From positions 1 to 64,000 of IMG/VR virus record IMGVR_UViG_3300013121_000022: a stretch of 64,000 nt of DNA; one strand, given 5' to 3'. The translations under genes and the position numbers were made by a program. The notes beneath the pieces are model-generated. The model was given only the letters and a program-made list of their open reading frames with translations, made no database searches and was not told the origin of the DNA. Source of the stretch: a virus. Taxonomy: Duplodnaviria; Caudoviricetes. Below, in pieces: positions 56,616 to 64,000 of the stretch (within the stretch, counting starts at the first letter, position 1; every line of letters starts with the position of its first letter).

Positions 56616-56933
56616 ATGCCCCTACAAACCCCTACAACCGTTGATCCACGCGATGGACGTTATTATGTGTCTGTAGTCGATGGAAAGCGCTTTACACTGC
56701 TTCTAGGGCCATTCCAGAGGCATCAGGACGCACTAAACAGAGTAGACGAATGTTATCAGCTGGCCTGTAAACTCAATTCGTGGGCGCATTTCTATGCATA
56801 CGGAACTGTTAGAATGGATGACAATTTCACTCTGGCAGGCAAATTCAATGACCTTTTGAAGTACAAGCCGCCTGACTATACAATCGGATCGGCACAGATC
56901 AAAAACAACAAAAAAGCCTCTCGCAAAAAGTGA
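56616..56933 (+). CDS. hypothetical protein
   Basis: YYVSV.DG....LLLGPF..H..AL; last gene before the terminator. Confidence 0.65.
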   Translation: MPLQTPTTVDPRDGRYYVSVVDGKRFTLLLGPFQRHQDALNRVDECYQLACKLNSWAHFYAYGTVRMDDNFTLAGKFNDLLKYKPPDYTIGSAQIKNNKKASRKK

Positions 56934-56945
56934 GAGGCTTTTTTT
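56911..56945. terminator. bidirectional intrinsic terminator
   Basis: AAAAAGCCTCTCGC-loop-GTGAGAGGCTTTTTTT between convergent blocks. Confidence 0.8.
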
Positions 56946-56961
56946 ATTCGTGTATTTCACG

Positions 56962-57717
56962 TTACTCGACTTTTGGTGAAATTCCTTGATTCATACCAGT
57001 GTCAATAAACATTCGGATACTGGTAAATAAATCGTTAGGATTGGTCAAATCTCCTGAATCGTCCATCAAATCCATGAGCCAGAACTGCAATGGCTTGACG
57101 ATCAAAGCGGTTCGACTGAACTTCACGCGGGGAGCGGCAAGTTCATACAACTCTCTCTCGAAAACATCAAAATTGGGAATCTCAAAATCTGGATCGCGCT
57201 GTTTCATGTGTGCATGATTAGCCGAGCAAGACATCATTTGCCCTTCTGGTTGCCCGTTTTCGTTCATCTTCACTCTTGCGGCCTGACCAAAACCACGACA
57301 AATTAATGGACGAGAATCATAAACGGTACACAGGTTGTTATCGCCCAATAAAGGACAGACATGATCAACTTTTCCGATTGCTTCTGTTACTTTACCGATT
57401 GTGTCTCGATCTAAACGCTCACGATCATCAACCGAATCAAATAATTCAGGACTAGCTGCTCGAATAGCATTCACTTGATCTTTAGCTTTTTTGGCTAACG
57501 ATCTTCTGTCGGCAGGTGTCCAGTCTTGAATGCGACTCCAGATCAATTCCATTTCAATCCAAGTCAACATTGCTTGCAACGAATGCCGACAACAATCAGC
57601 GTTTCCATCGCAACATCCCTTTTGGTTACACAAAAACCAGTCAGGGGCTTGTAATCGCTGGTCGACTTGGGCAAAAAAATCACGCGATTCTTCAATCGTC
57701 GGCAAAAAACTATTCAT
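56962..57717 (-). CDS. YkgJ-family (CxxCxxCC) cysteine cluster protein
   Basis: C.KGC.....CC, CPLL....C.VY..RPLICR.FG. Confidence 0.85.
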   Translation of the reverse strand: MNSFLPTIEESRDFFAQVDQRLQAPDWFLCNQKGCCDGNADCCRHSLQAMLTWIEMELIWSRIQDWTPADRRSLAKKAKDQVNAIRAASPELFDSVDDRERLDRDTIGKVTEAIGKVDHVCPLLGDNNLCTVYDSRPLICRGFGQAARVKMNENGQPEGQMMSCSANHAHMKQRDPDFEIPNFDVFERELYELAAPRVKFSRTALIVKPLQFWLMDLMDDSGDLTNPNDLFTSIRMFIDTGMNQGISPKVE

Positions 57718-58120
57718 CTTTCAACCATCCTTTTTCTTTGGCTATACCAAGATAATATACCCACAGCCTATCGGTGTATATATATCCATGATACTTCATC
57801 ATTAGCGGCAACCAAAACTCAGGCTTACAGTCATAATCCATGTGATGCGCCCGACACGTCCCAACCAAATTACGCGGGTTATGCAAAATGTTGAAATTGC
57901 TTTCTCCGGGAAGTCTTGAGCGCGGGATCACATGATTGTAATCGTCAATACGACCTGTTCCCATGCCGCCATTTAGCAACGGAATGCCTTCTAAACAGGC
58001 AATACACCTACCCAAAATTCTGAACGACGAATCCCTGTGCTGAGAATCTTGAATAGCCGCCGAAAGAATACTGTTTTCGCGCAAGCGACGTTCTTTTTTG
58101 GGTTTAGATGTTTTGATCAT
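57710..58120 (-). CDS. HNH endonuclease
   Basis: CIAC...NHVIPRS...NLVGTCRAHH. Confidence 0.7.
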   Translation of the reverse strand: MIKTSKPKKERRLRENSILSAAIQDSQHRDSSFRILGRCIACLEGIPLLNGGMGTGRIDDYNHVIPRSRLPGESNFNILHNPRNLVGTCRAHHMDYDCKPEFWLPLMMKYHGYIYTDRLWVYYLGIAKEKGWLKDE

Positions 58121-58311
58121 TGAACTTGATCGGGAATATGTTTCACAACTTCAACATTGATAGGCAGCTCGTCATCTTCTGAACCGCCGAACATGATCTT
58201 GTCATTGACTAATGTGTTGCCGTTGTTTAAGTTGTCAATGTCTTGTTGAGTTAAAACAACCTTGAGAGTTGCGGCATTGCCATTCTGAGGGTAAACTTTT
58301 ACAATATCCAT
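58117..58311 (-). CDS. hypothetical protein
   Basis: ATGA overlap with the HNH gene. Confidence 0.5.
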   Translation of the reverse strand: MDIVKVYPQNGNAATLKVVLTQQDIDNLNNGNTLVNDKIMFGGSEDDELPINVEVVKHIPDQVQ

Positions 58312-58377
58312 GATCGTCTTTCTAAAAAGTGGGTTACACCATTGCGATGTAACCCACTTGATTTCATTTGAAGCAGA

Positions 58378-58998
58378 TTACAAGATGACTGATTTGCCAG
58401 ACATTTCAGCCAGAGTCTCGATACGAGACTTCACTACTTTGGCCTCATCCGGTGACAATTCAGAAACCTTACGACTCTCTCCATCCGGCAATTTCAGCGC
58501 CTTACGCACCAACTCAGCTGCTTTGACCGGAACTTCTTCTTCGGGCACATCCGAGAACAACGTCCTGATTGCGGTACGAATCAATTCCGCTTCCTCTGCG
58601 CTGATCAATTGCTTGGGAGCGGGGCGAATGTCGTTGATCATCCACATTGGATCACCAGCATTCTTGCTTTTCGCGCCTTTGACTCCATGTTTTGATTCGA
58701 TTTCGACTAAGCAGTCGACAGGTTCAATCTCGTCATCGAAAGTAACGCCTTCTGGAAGTTCGGCCAATCCGCGACAAGCGGCAATCAACTTCGCAATCAA
58801 ATGCTTGGTTGGGATACCGCCGCTTTTAGGAACTGACAACCATGCGTTCCACTGAGATTTATCGGACATCAAACGCAGAGTTAATCCCAATTGTGTTCCA
58901 TATTGGGTGTCCTTGCGAGTTGACGCCAAAACCTTGACCAAATGCCAACCTTCCGGCAAGAGTGGATATACGTTTGCGGTGCTTTGTGTTTGAGCCAT
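58378..58998 (-). CDS. hypothetical protein, possibly ssDNA-binding (DUF669-like)
   Basis: AAGGA RBS; PLLPEG.H.V.V start. Confidence 0.45.
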   Translation of the reverse strand: MAQTQSTANVYPLLPEGWHLVKVLASTRKDTQYGTQLGLTLRLMSDKSQWNAWLSVPKSGGIPTKHLIAKLIAACRGLAELPEGVTFDDEIEPVDCLVEIESKHGVKGAKSKNAGDPMWMINDIRPAPKQLISAEEAELIRTAIRTLFSDVPEEEVPVKAAELVRKALKLPDGESRKVSELSPDEAKVVKSRIETLAEMSGKSVIL

Positions 58999-59089
58999 TG
59001 TTTATTTTCCTTTTTCAAGAGTAATGTGATGTTTAGTAATAAGATGCAATAAGATTTTGTTCAAGTTTCATTCAATAATTTTATTCCTT

Positions 59090-59902
59090 TCAACGAGAAG
59101 CGTGAAGCATATCGACTAGCATATTGATATGCCTTTTATCTTTTGTAACTACCCGACCCAACTTTACGGGCTTATCATTTACCCATGCTGTCACGCTATC
59201 AGCATCAATGGTTGCACTATCCCATTTATCGTGAAAGATCATAACCAAAGCCCTAGCAACTAGGGGAGTAATTTCATCAAATACCACAACGGGATTTCCC
59301 TTTGAATCAAAAATGGTCTTTCTTCTTGAATCAAAAGTGTACTCTGATTGAATTGTAGACTGTCGATTCTTGTTGTGATCTCGCCAATGGGTATTTTGAA
59401 TTTCAGTAATCTGAGATCGCAAGCGTCCCAATTCTTTCGCCCGACTAGGATCACTTGGAGGCGGAAGAAGTGCTACCGCATTTTCTAAAACTGGCATAGC
59501 AGGTGAAGATGTAACAGATCGCGGCAATTCCGAAAACAAATCAATTTCAGGAACAAGCAATTGTAAATCCACCAACCGAACCAGTCGATTGCGCGTTGCA
59601 TTTCCCACAACCTCACGACCCCATAAGGCCGATGCAATTTCAGGATCACGAATCATTTCGTAAAAATCAGTATAACCCAAACATCGAACTCGTTCGTCAT
59701 CCTGAGAAAACCAAATCAAAATTTCGCGCTGTTTCATGGACAGCGCTTCTTTTTGTTCGCCCATGTTGATCAAGTCGCGCTGTTTACTGGACGCCTCATT
59801 AATCATGGCAGTTGAAAACGTTGTTACCAAAGTTGTTTGGATCATAGAGAGAGTATCCTTGTGGGTGAGTGGCATTTTACGACACTCGCTAAATTTTGTC
59901 AC
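59090..59902 (-). CDS. hypothetical protein
   Basis: 270 aa ORF; LGY..F.E motif. Confidence 0.65.
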   Translation of the reverse strand: MTKFSECRKMPLTHKDTLSMIQTTLVTTFSTAMINEASSKQRDLINMGEQKEALSMKQREILIWFSQDDERVRCLGYTDFYEMIRDPEIASALWGREVVGNATRNRLVRLVDLQLLVPEIDLFSELPRSVTSSPAMPVLENAVALLPPPSDPSRAKELGRLRSQITEIQNTHWRDHNKNRQSTIQSEYTFDSRRKTIFDSKGNPVVVFDEITPLVARALVMIFHDKWDSATIDADSVTAWVNDKPVKLGRVVTKDKRHINMLVDMLHASR

Positions 59903-59904
59903 TA

Positions 59905-60690
59905 TTAAACTTTTTGAACTTCAAGCCGGATACGTTCTGTCGCAATATCGCAGTACGCTTGGTTGAAATCAATTCCAAGAGCCTGCCGATTATTTTTCAA
60001 CGCCATGACAACGGTTGTGCCTGAACCACAAAATGGATCGAACACAAAATCACCCTCTGCGCTAAAGCACATGATAATGTCTTCGGCCAGTTTATCTGGA
60101 AATGTTGCGGGATGACCAGATTTCACCTTATTGCGTTCGCTGTTTGAAGTAGCATAATGCCAAATCGTCCCGCGACACTTGGTGGGATTGACTGTTTTGG
60201 GTTCAATTTTAGAAAGCGATCCATCGCTATGGCGATCTGTGCCAGAATATGTCTTGCCTGCATGTTTGCTTGGGATCATTATATGACTCTTGTTGAAGAT
60301 TCGTGGTCGTTTTCCCTTAAAGAATATGAAAATAAATTCGTGATCAACTCGAAATCGTTTAGACCACCATGCACCCGGATTACCATCACGAGCGTAGATA
60401 CAGGTTTCAAACATCTTCCAACCAAGATCGACCCAATCCACTGCCAAGCGCATAGATGTCATGGACTTGGCAAAGTCTTTCGTTTGATCACCAATAATCA
60501 CTACGCAGACTCCACCTTCTTTTGTACGACTGAGCAATCGAGTGCCAAATGTTTTGAAATCCATCGGCGGAAGATCGCTGACACCATACGTTCGCAAGTC
60601 GTCGTATTGTGGACTAAAAATTGTAAGATCGATTGAATTTTCAGGTAACGATTGCAGGGCAACTTGACAATCTGCTTTTAGGATGTTCAT
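59905..60690 (-). CDS. N4-cytosine/N6-adenine DNA methyltransferase (beta class)
   Basis: IDL..FSPQY (SPPY-like), HE.IF.F.K, HPATFP..LA...I, DPFCGSGTT. Confidence 0.9.
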   Translation of the reverse strand: MNILKADCQVALQSLPENSIDLTIFSPQYDDLRTYGVSDLPPMDFKTFGTRLLSRTKEGGVCVVIIGDQTKDFAKSMTSMRLAVDWVDLGWKMFETCIYARDGNPGAWWSKRFRVDHEFIFIFFKGKRPRIFNKSHIMIPSKHAGKTYSGTDRHSDGSLSKIEPKTVNPTKCRGTIWHYATSNSERNKVKSGHPATFPDKLAEDIIMCFSAEGDFVFDPFCGSGTTVVMALKNNRQALGIDFNQAYCDIATERIRLEVQKV

Positions 60691-60703
60691 GGATATGGAA
60701 TCA

Positions 60704-60741
60704 AAACGGCGAATCGATCTGTGCAGATCGATTCGCCGTTT
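60704..60741. repeat. perfect palindrome/hairpin upstream of the methyltransferase
   Basis: AAACGGCGAATCGATCT-GTGC-AGATCGATTCGCCGTTT. Confidence 0.9.
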
Positions 60742-60759
60742 GGGATATGAGATTATTAA

Positions 60760-61047
60760 TTAAGGATGTGGCAGTGTGCGCTGAAACAATCGCGCCTCAT
60801 TTCCACCAACTTCTGCGCCAAAAATCACGGCGTAGTCATTGACGTGAGGCATAGCCGCCAAAATCAATCCGCGAATAGCTTCGTGCGAAATTTCAAGATT
60901 TGGACTCGACTTGCGAGCTTGCAGAGTCACGTGATGGGCAGTGTATGGCAGATTGTGTTTTTCGATGTCGGCAACTGCTTGGACAAATGTGGTTAATAGT
61001 TCAGCGAGTGTTGGTTTTGTGCGTTCAACTTCGGTAGGCTGTGTCAT
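60760..61047 (-). CDS. hypothetical protein
   Basis: AAGGA RBS; in operon. Confidence 0.6.
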   Translation of the reverse strand: MTQPTEVERTKPTLAELLTTFVQAVADIEKHNLPYTAHHVTLQARKSSPNLEISHEAIRGLILAAMPHVNDYAVIFGAEVGGNEARLFQRTLPHP

Positions 61048-61061
61048 ATTTCATGTTCCTT

Positions 61062-62315
61062 TCAAGAACGAGTAATTTCCGCTATGTAGCGGAGAGTGAT
61101 TTGACTTTCATTATAAACGATAAACTCATTGTAGGCAAGAGAATATCCGGCCTCACCTTGAACTGAATGATAACCAGCGGGAGCACGTTGCAACGAAGAA
61201 TCGCTATGCTGGAGCTTTTTGATATTTCCTAATTTGACTTCACAGACAAACAGATAGTGTGGATTGCGTTTTGCGTTTCTGTGAAACGTGTATTGTGCTG
61301 ACTTAGTGGATTTGTCGGCGGTATAAATACCATTGCCAAACATCGCGCCAGACAAAGGAACATTCTGAGGACGTAACAGCAATCCACGACTGATAATACC
61401 TACCGAATTAGCATTACCAGACCCATGAAACAACTCGACAGGGTTATGAACGTCGCAACGATCATAGCGAGTGTTCAGGAATGGATTATTGATCTCGAAC
61501 ACGTTCCCTACCTTCAAATGGAAATGACGACCCTCTGATCCAATAATAAAATCGCGAATGCGCTTGGTCGTTTTTGAATCGGCCAACGTAATTTCTGCGC
61601 CCAATGCATCTTGTTGCTTGGTTTGGCCTTGATTGCCAAATCCGGCCTTAGCCTTGACTGCGTCTTCAATGCTTTGAAGGAAGTCGTACTCATCTTCAAG
61701 TTTTTGGGTTGAATTAACAGCCACATCTAAGGCGTCGTGAATGTGACGCGGAATCTGTAAATGACCTGAACCTGTTTGATGGGGAATTAGAGAGTAATAG
61801 CGCGACGAAGATCGAATGATCTCTTTTCTGTTGTTGGTCTTGATTGACTTTGACAGAGTCAATAGATGATCTCGTGCTTCGGCAATTCGATCTGGATGAA
61901 TATCGGTGAACTCACCCAACAAGACCTGCCGAATTGAATTATCAGCCTCATCAAAAATGTGATCCAAGAACATCGACACCGGATCGTTTGCTTTAGACTT
62001 GGAAATTACAACGGGAGTGGCCAAATTTGCGCGGGGAACTTTCGTGTATTTCCGAGACTTAGATCGGATATATGACTGGAATGCCTTTTCAGAAGTTGGA
62101 TACGTCCAATCAACAGCGGCGGATTTTGCCTCCACCGATCCAGTCTTTCCAAACTGAACTTTCTGAATCAGCGTTCCATTAGCGTCTCGCCACAGCTCTG
62201 CAAGAATTTCTTTGTTTGTTCCAAATGTACCTGCTTCAAGATCGCATTGAATCATGTATTCCGAATCGATGACTTTACTGTTATCAAGATTGTAAGCCTT
62301 CAAGTTTTTAGTCAT
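61062..62315 (-). CDS. PARP-family ADP-ribosyltransferase with WGR-like and regulatory domains
   Basis: S.RYYSLIPH (regulatory); LFHGS...N..GI...GL, G.MFG.GIY.AD...KSAQY, YNEFIVY...Q...RY (H-Y-E). Confidence 0.9.
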   Translation of the reverse strand: MTKNLKAYNLDNSKVIDSEYMIQCDLEAGTFGTNKEILAELWRDANGTLIQKVQFGKTGSVEAKSAAVDWTYPTSEKAFQSYIRSKSRKYTKVPRANLATPVVISKSKANDPVSMFLDHIFDEADNSIRQVLLGEFTDIHPDRIAEARDHLLTLSKSIKTNNRKEIIRSSSRYYSLIPHQTGSGHLQIPRHIHDALDVAVNSTQKLEDEYDFLQSIEDAVKAKAGFGNQGQTKQQDALGAEITLADSKTTKRIRDFIIGSEGRHFHLKVGNVFEINNPFLNTRYDRCDVHNPVELFHGSGNANSVGIISRGLLLRPQNVPLSGAMFGNGIYTADKSTKSAQYTFHRNAKRNPHYLFVCEVKLGNIKKLQHSDSSLQRAPAGYHSVQGEAGYSLAYNEFIVYNESQITLRYIAEITRS

Positions 62316-62350
62316 GTCAATCTCCTATTCAAGTTTCAGGTAATTATATG

Positions 62351-62827
62351 TCAAAATGGATGGGCGTCAAGGTAGTTTTCAGGCGGAAACAAATCTCGTT
62401 CTCTTTCAAGAGTATAGACATTCCAACTCTCAGGAATCATTCTGACGATTCGCGTCCAATCTCCGCCTGCCAAACCACAGCCGATGCGGGGAATATGCAC
62501 ACTTGCACCAGCGTTTAGGGCAAATCTTTGGGTATGCCCTATGCACAGTTTTAGTGCCTCATAGTCCAATGGATGTTTAACTCCAAGTGTTTGAGCGCAC
62601 ATATTCACAACGCACCCAACCCGATAATCAATCGATACACCGACAATCTGAATCAGGCCGCGTATATGTTCGTGTAGTCCAAGATATGCCTGCCTGCTGG
62701 CCGGAAACTTTTTTGCAAGCGGAACAACAAAACCAGCACCCCATGCGTGTTTGTCGTTTACGATATGGGCAATCACAAATCGATCTGTTCCTACCGGATC
62801 AAGTGCTGAACCAATGTAGTGCTTCAT
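62351..62827 (-). CDS. macrodomain protein (Poa1p/TARG/DarG-like)
   Basis: IAHIVND...WGAGF...L...FP, VVNMCAQ, PRIGCGLAGGDW. Confidence 0.88.
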   Translation of the reverse strand: MKHYIGSALDPVGTDRFVIAHIVNDKHAWGAGFVVPLAKKFPASRQAYLGLHEHIRGLIQIVGVSIDYRVGCVVNMCAQTLGVKHPLDYEALKLCIGHTQRFALNAGASVHIPRIGCGLAGGDWTRIVRMIPESWNVYTLERERDLFPPENYLDAHPF

Positions 62828-63180
62828 ATTTTTTCTCCAATAATCTCAAGATCGCTAATTGCATACCATGCCGACTCGCCGGACTGATTGAGAAGTTCTA
62901 CATAAGTATGAGAATCTTCAAGGCCAATAACTCGATATACCTGTACGCGTGAGTAATTAGTTTTGATTACCACTTTTTTACTGGAAATCGTTGACGGGTG
63001 CGACAACCATCCACAAAGCCTATCGTACTTTCGTTCTCTTTGATGGTCGCGAAGTTTGGTTTGCGCTTTGAGCGCAAAAGACAAGCGATCAATTTTGTAG
63101 TTATCAGTCATTGAATAAACTCCTATTTGCTTTACGAATGGGCTTGAATGCTTTTTGCTTCTTGCCAACATGACATCCAT
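62824..63180 (-). CDS. hypothetical protein (start may be internal)
   Basis: ATGA overlap with the macrodomain gene. Confidence 0.5.
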   Translation of the reverse strand: MDVMLARSKKHSSPFVKQIGVYSMTDNYKIDRLSFALKAQTKLRDHQRERKYDRLCGWLSHPSTISSKKVVIKTNYSRVQVYRVIGLEDSHTYVELLNQSGESAWYAISDLEIIGEKI

Positions 63181-63334
63181 GTGGGCAAGTTAACGAGAAA
63201 CTGTATCCATGTTGATACCAATATTGCGAACATGGATACAGTCGTTTATAGCGCAAGGCCAGAATATCGGCCTGAGCGCGATCATAGCCTCTTGCCCGAT
63301 AATGCAAAAAAGCTTCTCCGCCTGTTATAGCCAT
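63104..63334 (-). CDS. hypothetical protein
   Basis: Overlaps the ThiF 3' end. Confidence 0.35.
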   Translation of the reverse strand: MAITGGEAFLHYRARGYDRAQADILALRYKRLYPCSQYWYQHGYSFSLTCPHGCHVGKKQKAFKPIRKANRSLFND

Positions 63335-63906
63335 CGGATACCTATTTTCGTTGTTACCGCATTCATTTTCTTGCCAGTAAAGATGTATTCACGAGCGGCA
63401 ACCAGTGCGGCGGCAACAGTCATATCAATTATCGGAACTCCGAGTTGATTGGTGCAAATAGCCTCCCCTTCAACGTCTTCGCCCATTGCATATCCATCAT
63501 TCCAAAGAACAGCTCCAGTTCCAAGACCAACACCAACATGCAAAACCTCTGGATAGGTGGCCGCAACGATTTTTCGACTGGCAAAGTTATCGAAACAATC
63601 AATCGAGAATTCACCTACTTGCCAATCGTCGTTCCAACCGGAATCGACGGGCATAAAAAATTCTTCTACACGGCGACGATATTTCAAATACGTCAACTGT
63701 GAAAATGCCTTGACCTTTGGCATACCAATTTGATTTGATTGATAAGCGCTTGTGCCAGTCAAAACATTTTCGCTGGACACCCTATCACTGTCAATTACCC
63801 TTATCGTTAAGTCTTCAATGTATCCAAGACCTAATCCGATTTTACTTCCCAATGCACCTACTCCAAAAATTGTAATTGCGTTGTTCATTTGAAAATTCTC
63901 TTCCAT
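63325..63906 (-). CDS. ThiF/E1-like adenylyltransferase
   Basis: IFGVGALGS, VIDSDRV...N, IG.PKV, DCFDNF.SR. Confidence 0.85.
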   Translation of the reverse strand: MEENFQMNNAITIFGVGALGSKIGLGLGYIEDLTIRVIDSDRVSSENVLTGTSAYQSNQIGMPKVKAFSQLTYLKYRRRVEEFFMPVDSGWNDDWQVGEFSIDCFDNFASRKIVAATYPEVLHVGVGLGTGAVLWNDGYAMGEDVEGEAICTNQLGVPIIDMTVAAALVAAREYIFTGKKMNAVTTKIGIRWL

Positions 63907-64000
63907 TCAGGATGTCTTTCTAGTTCAAGATTCGCTTGCCCGATTTCACTGGCAATAAAGTGTTGAACCGCCAAACATTCATCGTTTCCACAGTATAAAA

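Noticed and set aside
1-64000. Numerous 60-165 aa antisense or alternate-frame ORFs in the ORF track
   Set aside because: They lie within longer motif-bearing, translationally coupled genes and show no recognisable motifs; treated as shadow ORFs
1-64000. tRNA/rRNA genes, inteins, introns, transposases, integrase
   Set aside because: None recognised by eye; intergenic gaps are short, and TerL, RtcB and helicase have normal lengths. tRNAscan and Infernal were not run

Overview
This 64 kb window is part of a large tailed dsDNA bacteriophage genome. All calls come from motif recognition by eye; no database search was run. Layout: (i) 1-8 kb, a dense run of small hypothetical genes; (ii) 8-39 kb, a + strand late block with a ParB/methyltransferase-like gene, putative TerS, TerL and portal, interspersed with about 18 conflict or host-takeover genes (ADP-ribosyltransferases, RelA/SpoT synthetase, zeta toxin, topoisomerase IB, macrodomain, CCA-adding enzyme, zincins, HipA/PI3K-like kinase, HD hydrolase, GNATs, nuclease); (iii) 39.4-46.9 kb, a mostly - strand DNA/RNA repair island (UvrD helicase, RtcB, WGR-ligase); (iv) 47-57 kb, XkdF-type prohead protease, scaffold, HK97-fold capsid, more tagged genes, glycosyltransferase and membrane genes; (v) 57-64 kb, - strand genes including a DNA methyltransferase, PARP, macrodomain and ThiF. 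Main observation: 24 copies of a short peptide, consensus K-H-(L)-(P)-G-x-H-(D/N)-Q-x-x-H-G, occur in 19 mostly unrelated ORFs. Each copy follows a Lys (usually at the end of an amphipathic helix) and generally precedes a separate cargo domain, including at internal domain boundaries of a 1425-aa polyprotein. I infer a modular tag-and-cleave system for loading effectors into the capsid and releasing them by prohead-protease cleavage; this function is not demonstrated. Separately, a 14-bp DNA motif GATCTGCGCCGATC is iterated genome-wide, and there is a candidate -1 ribosomal frameshift and an apparently split prohead protease.
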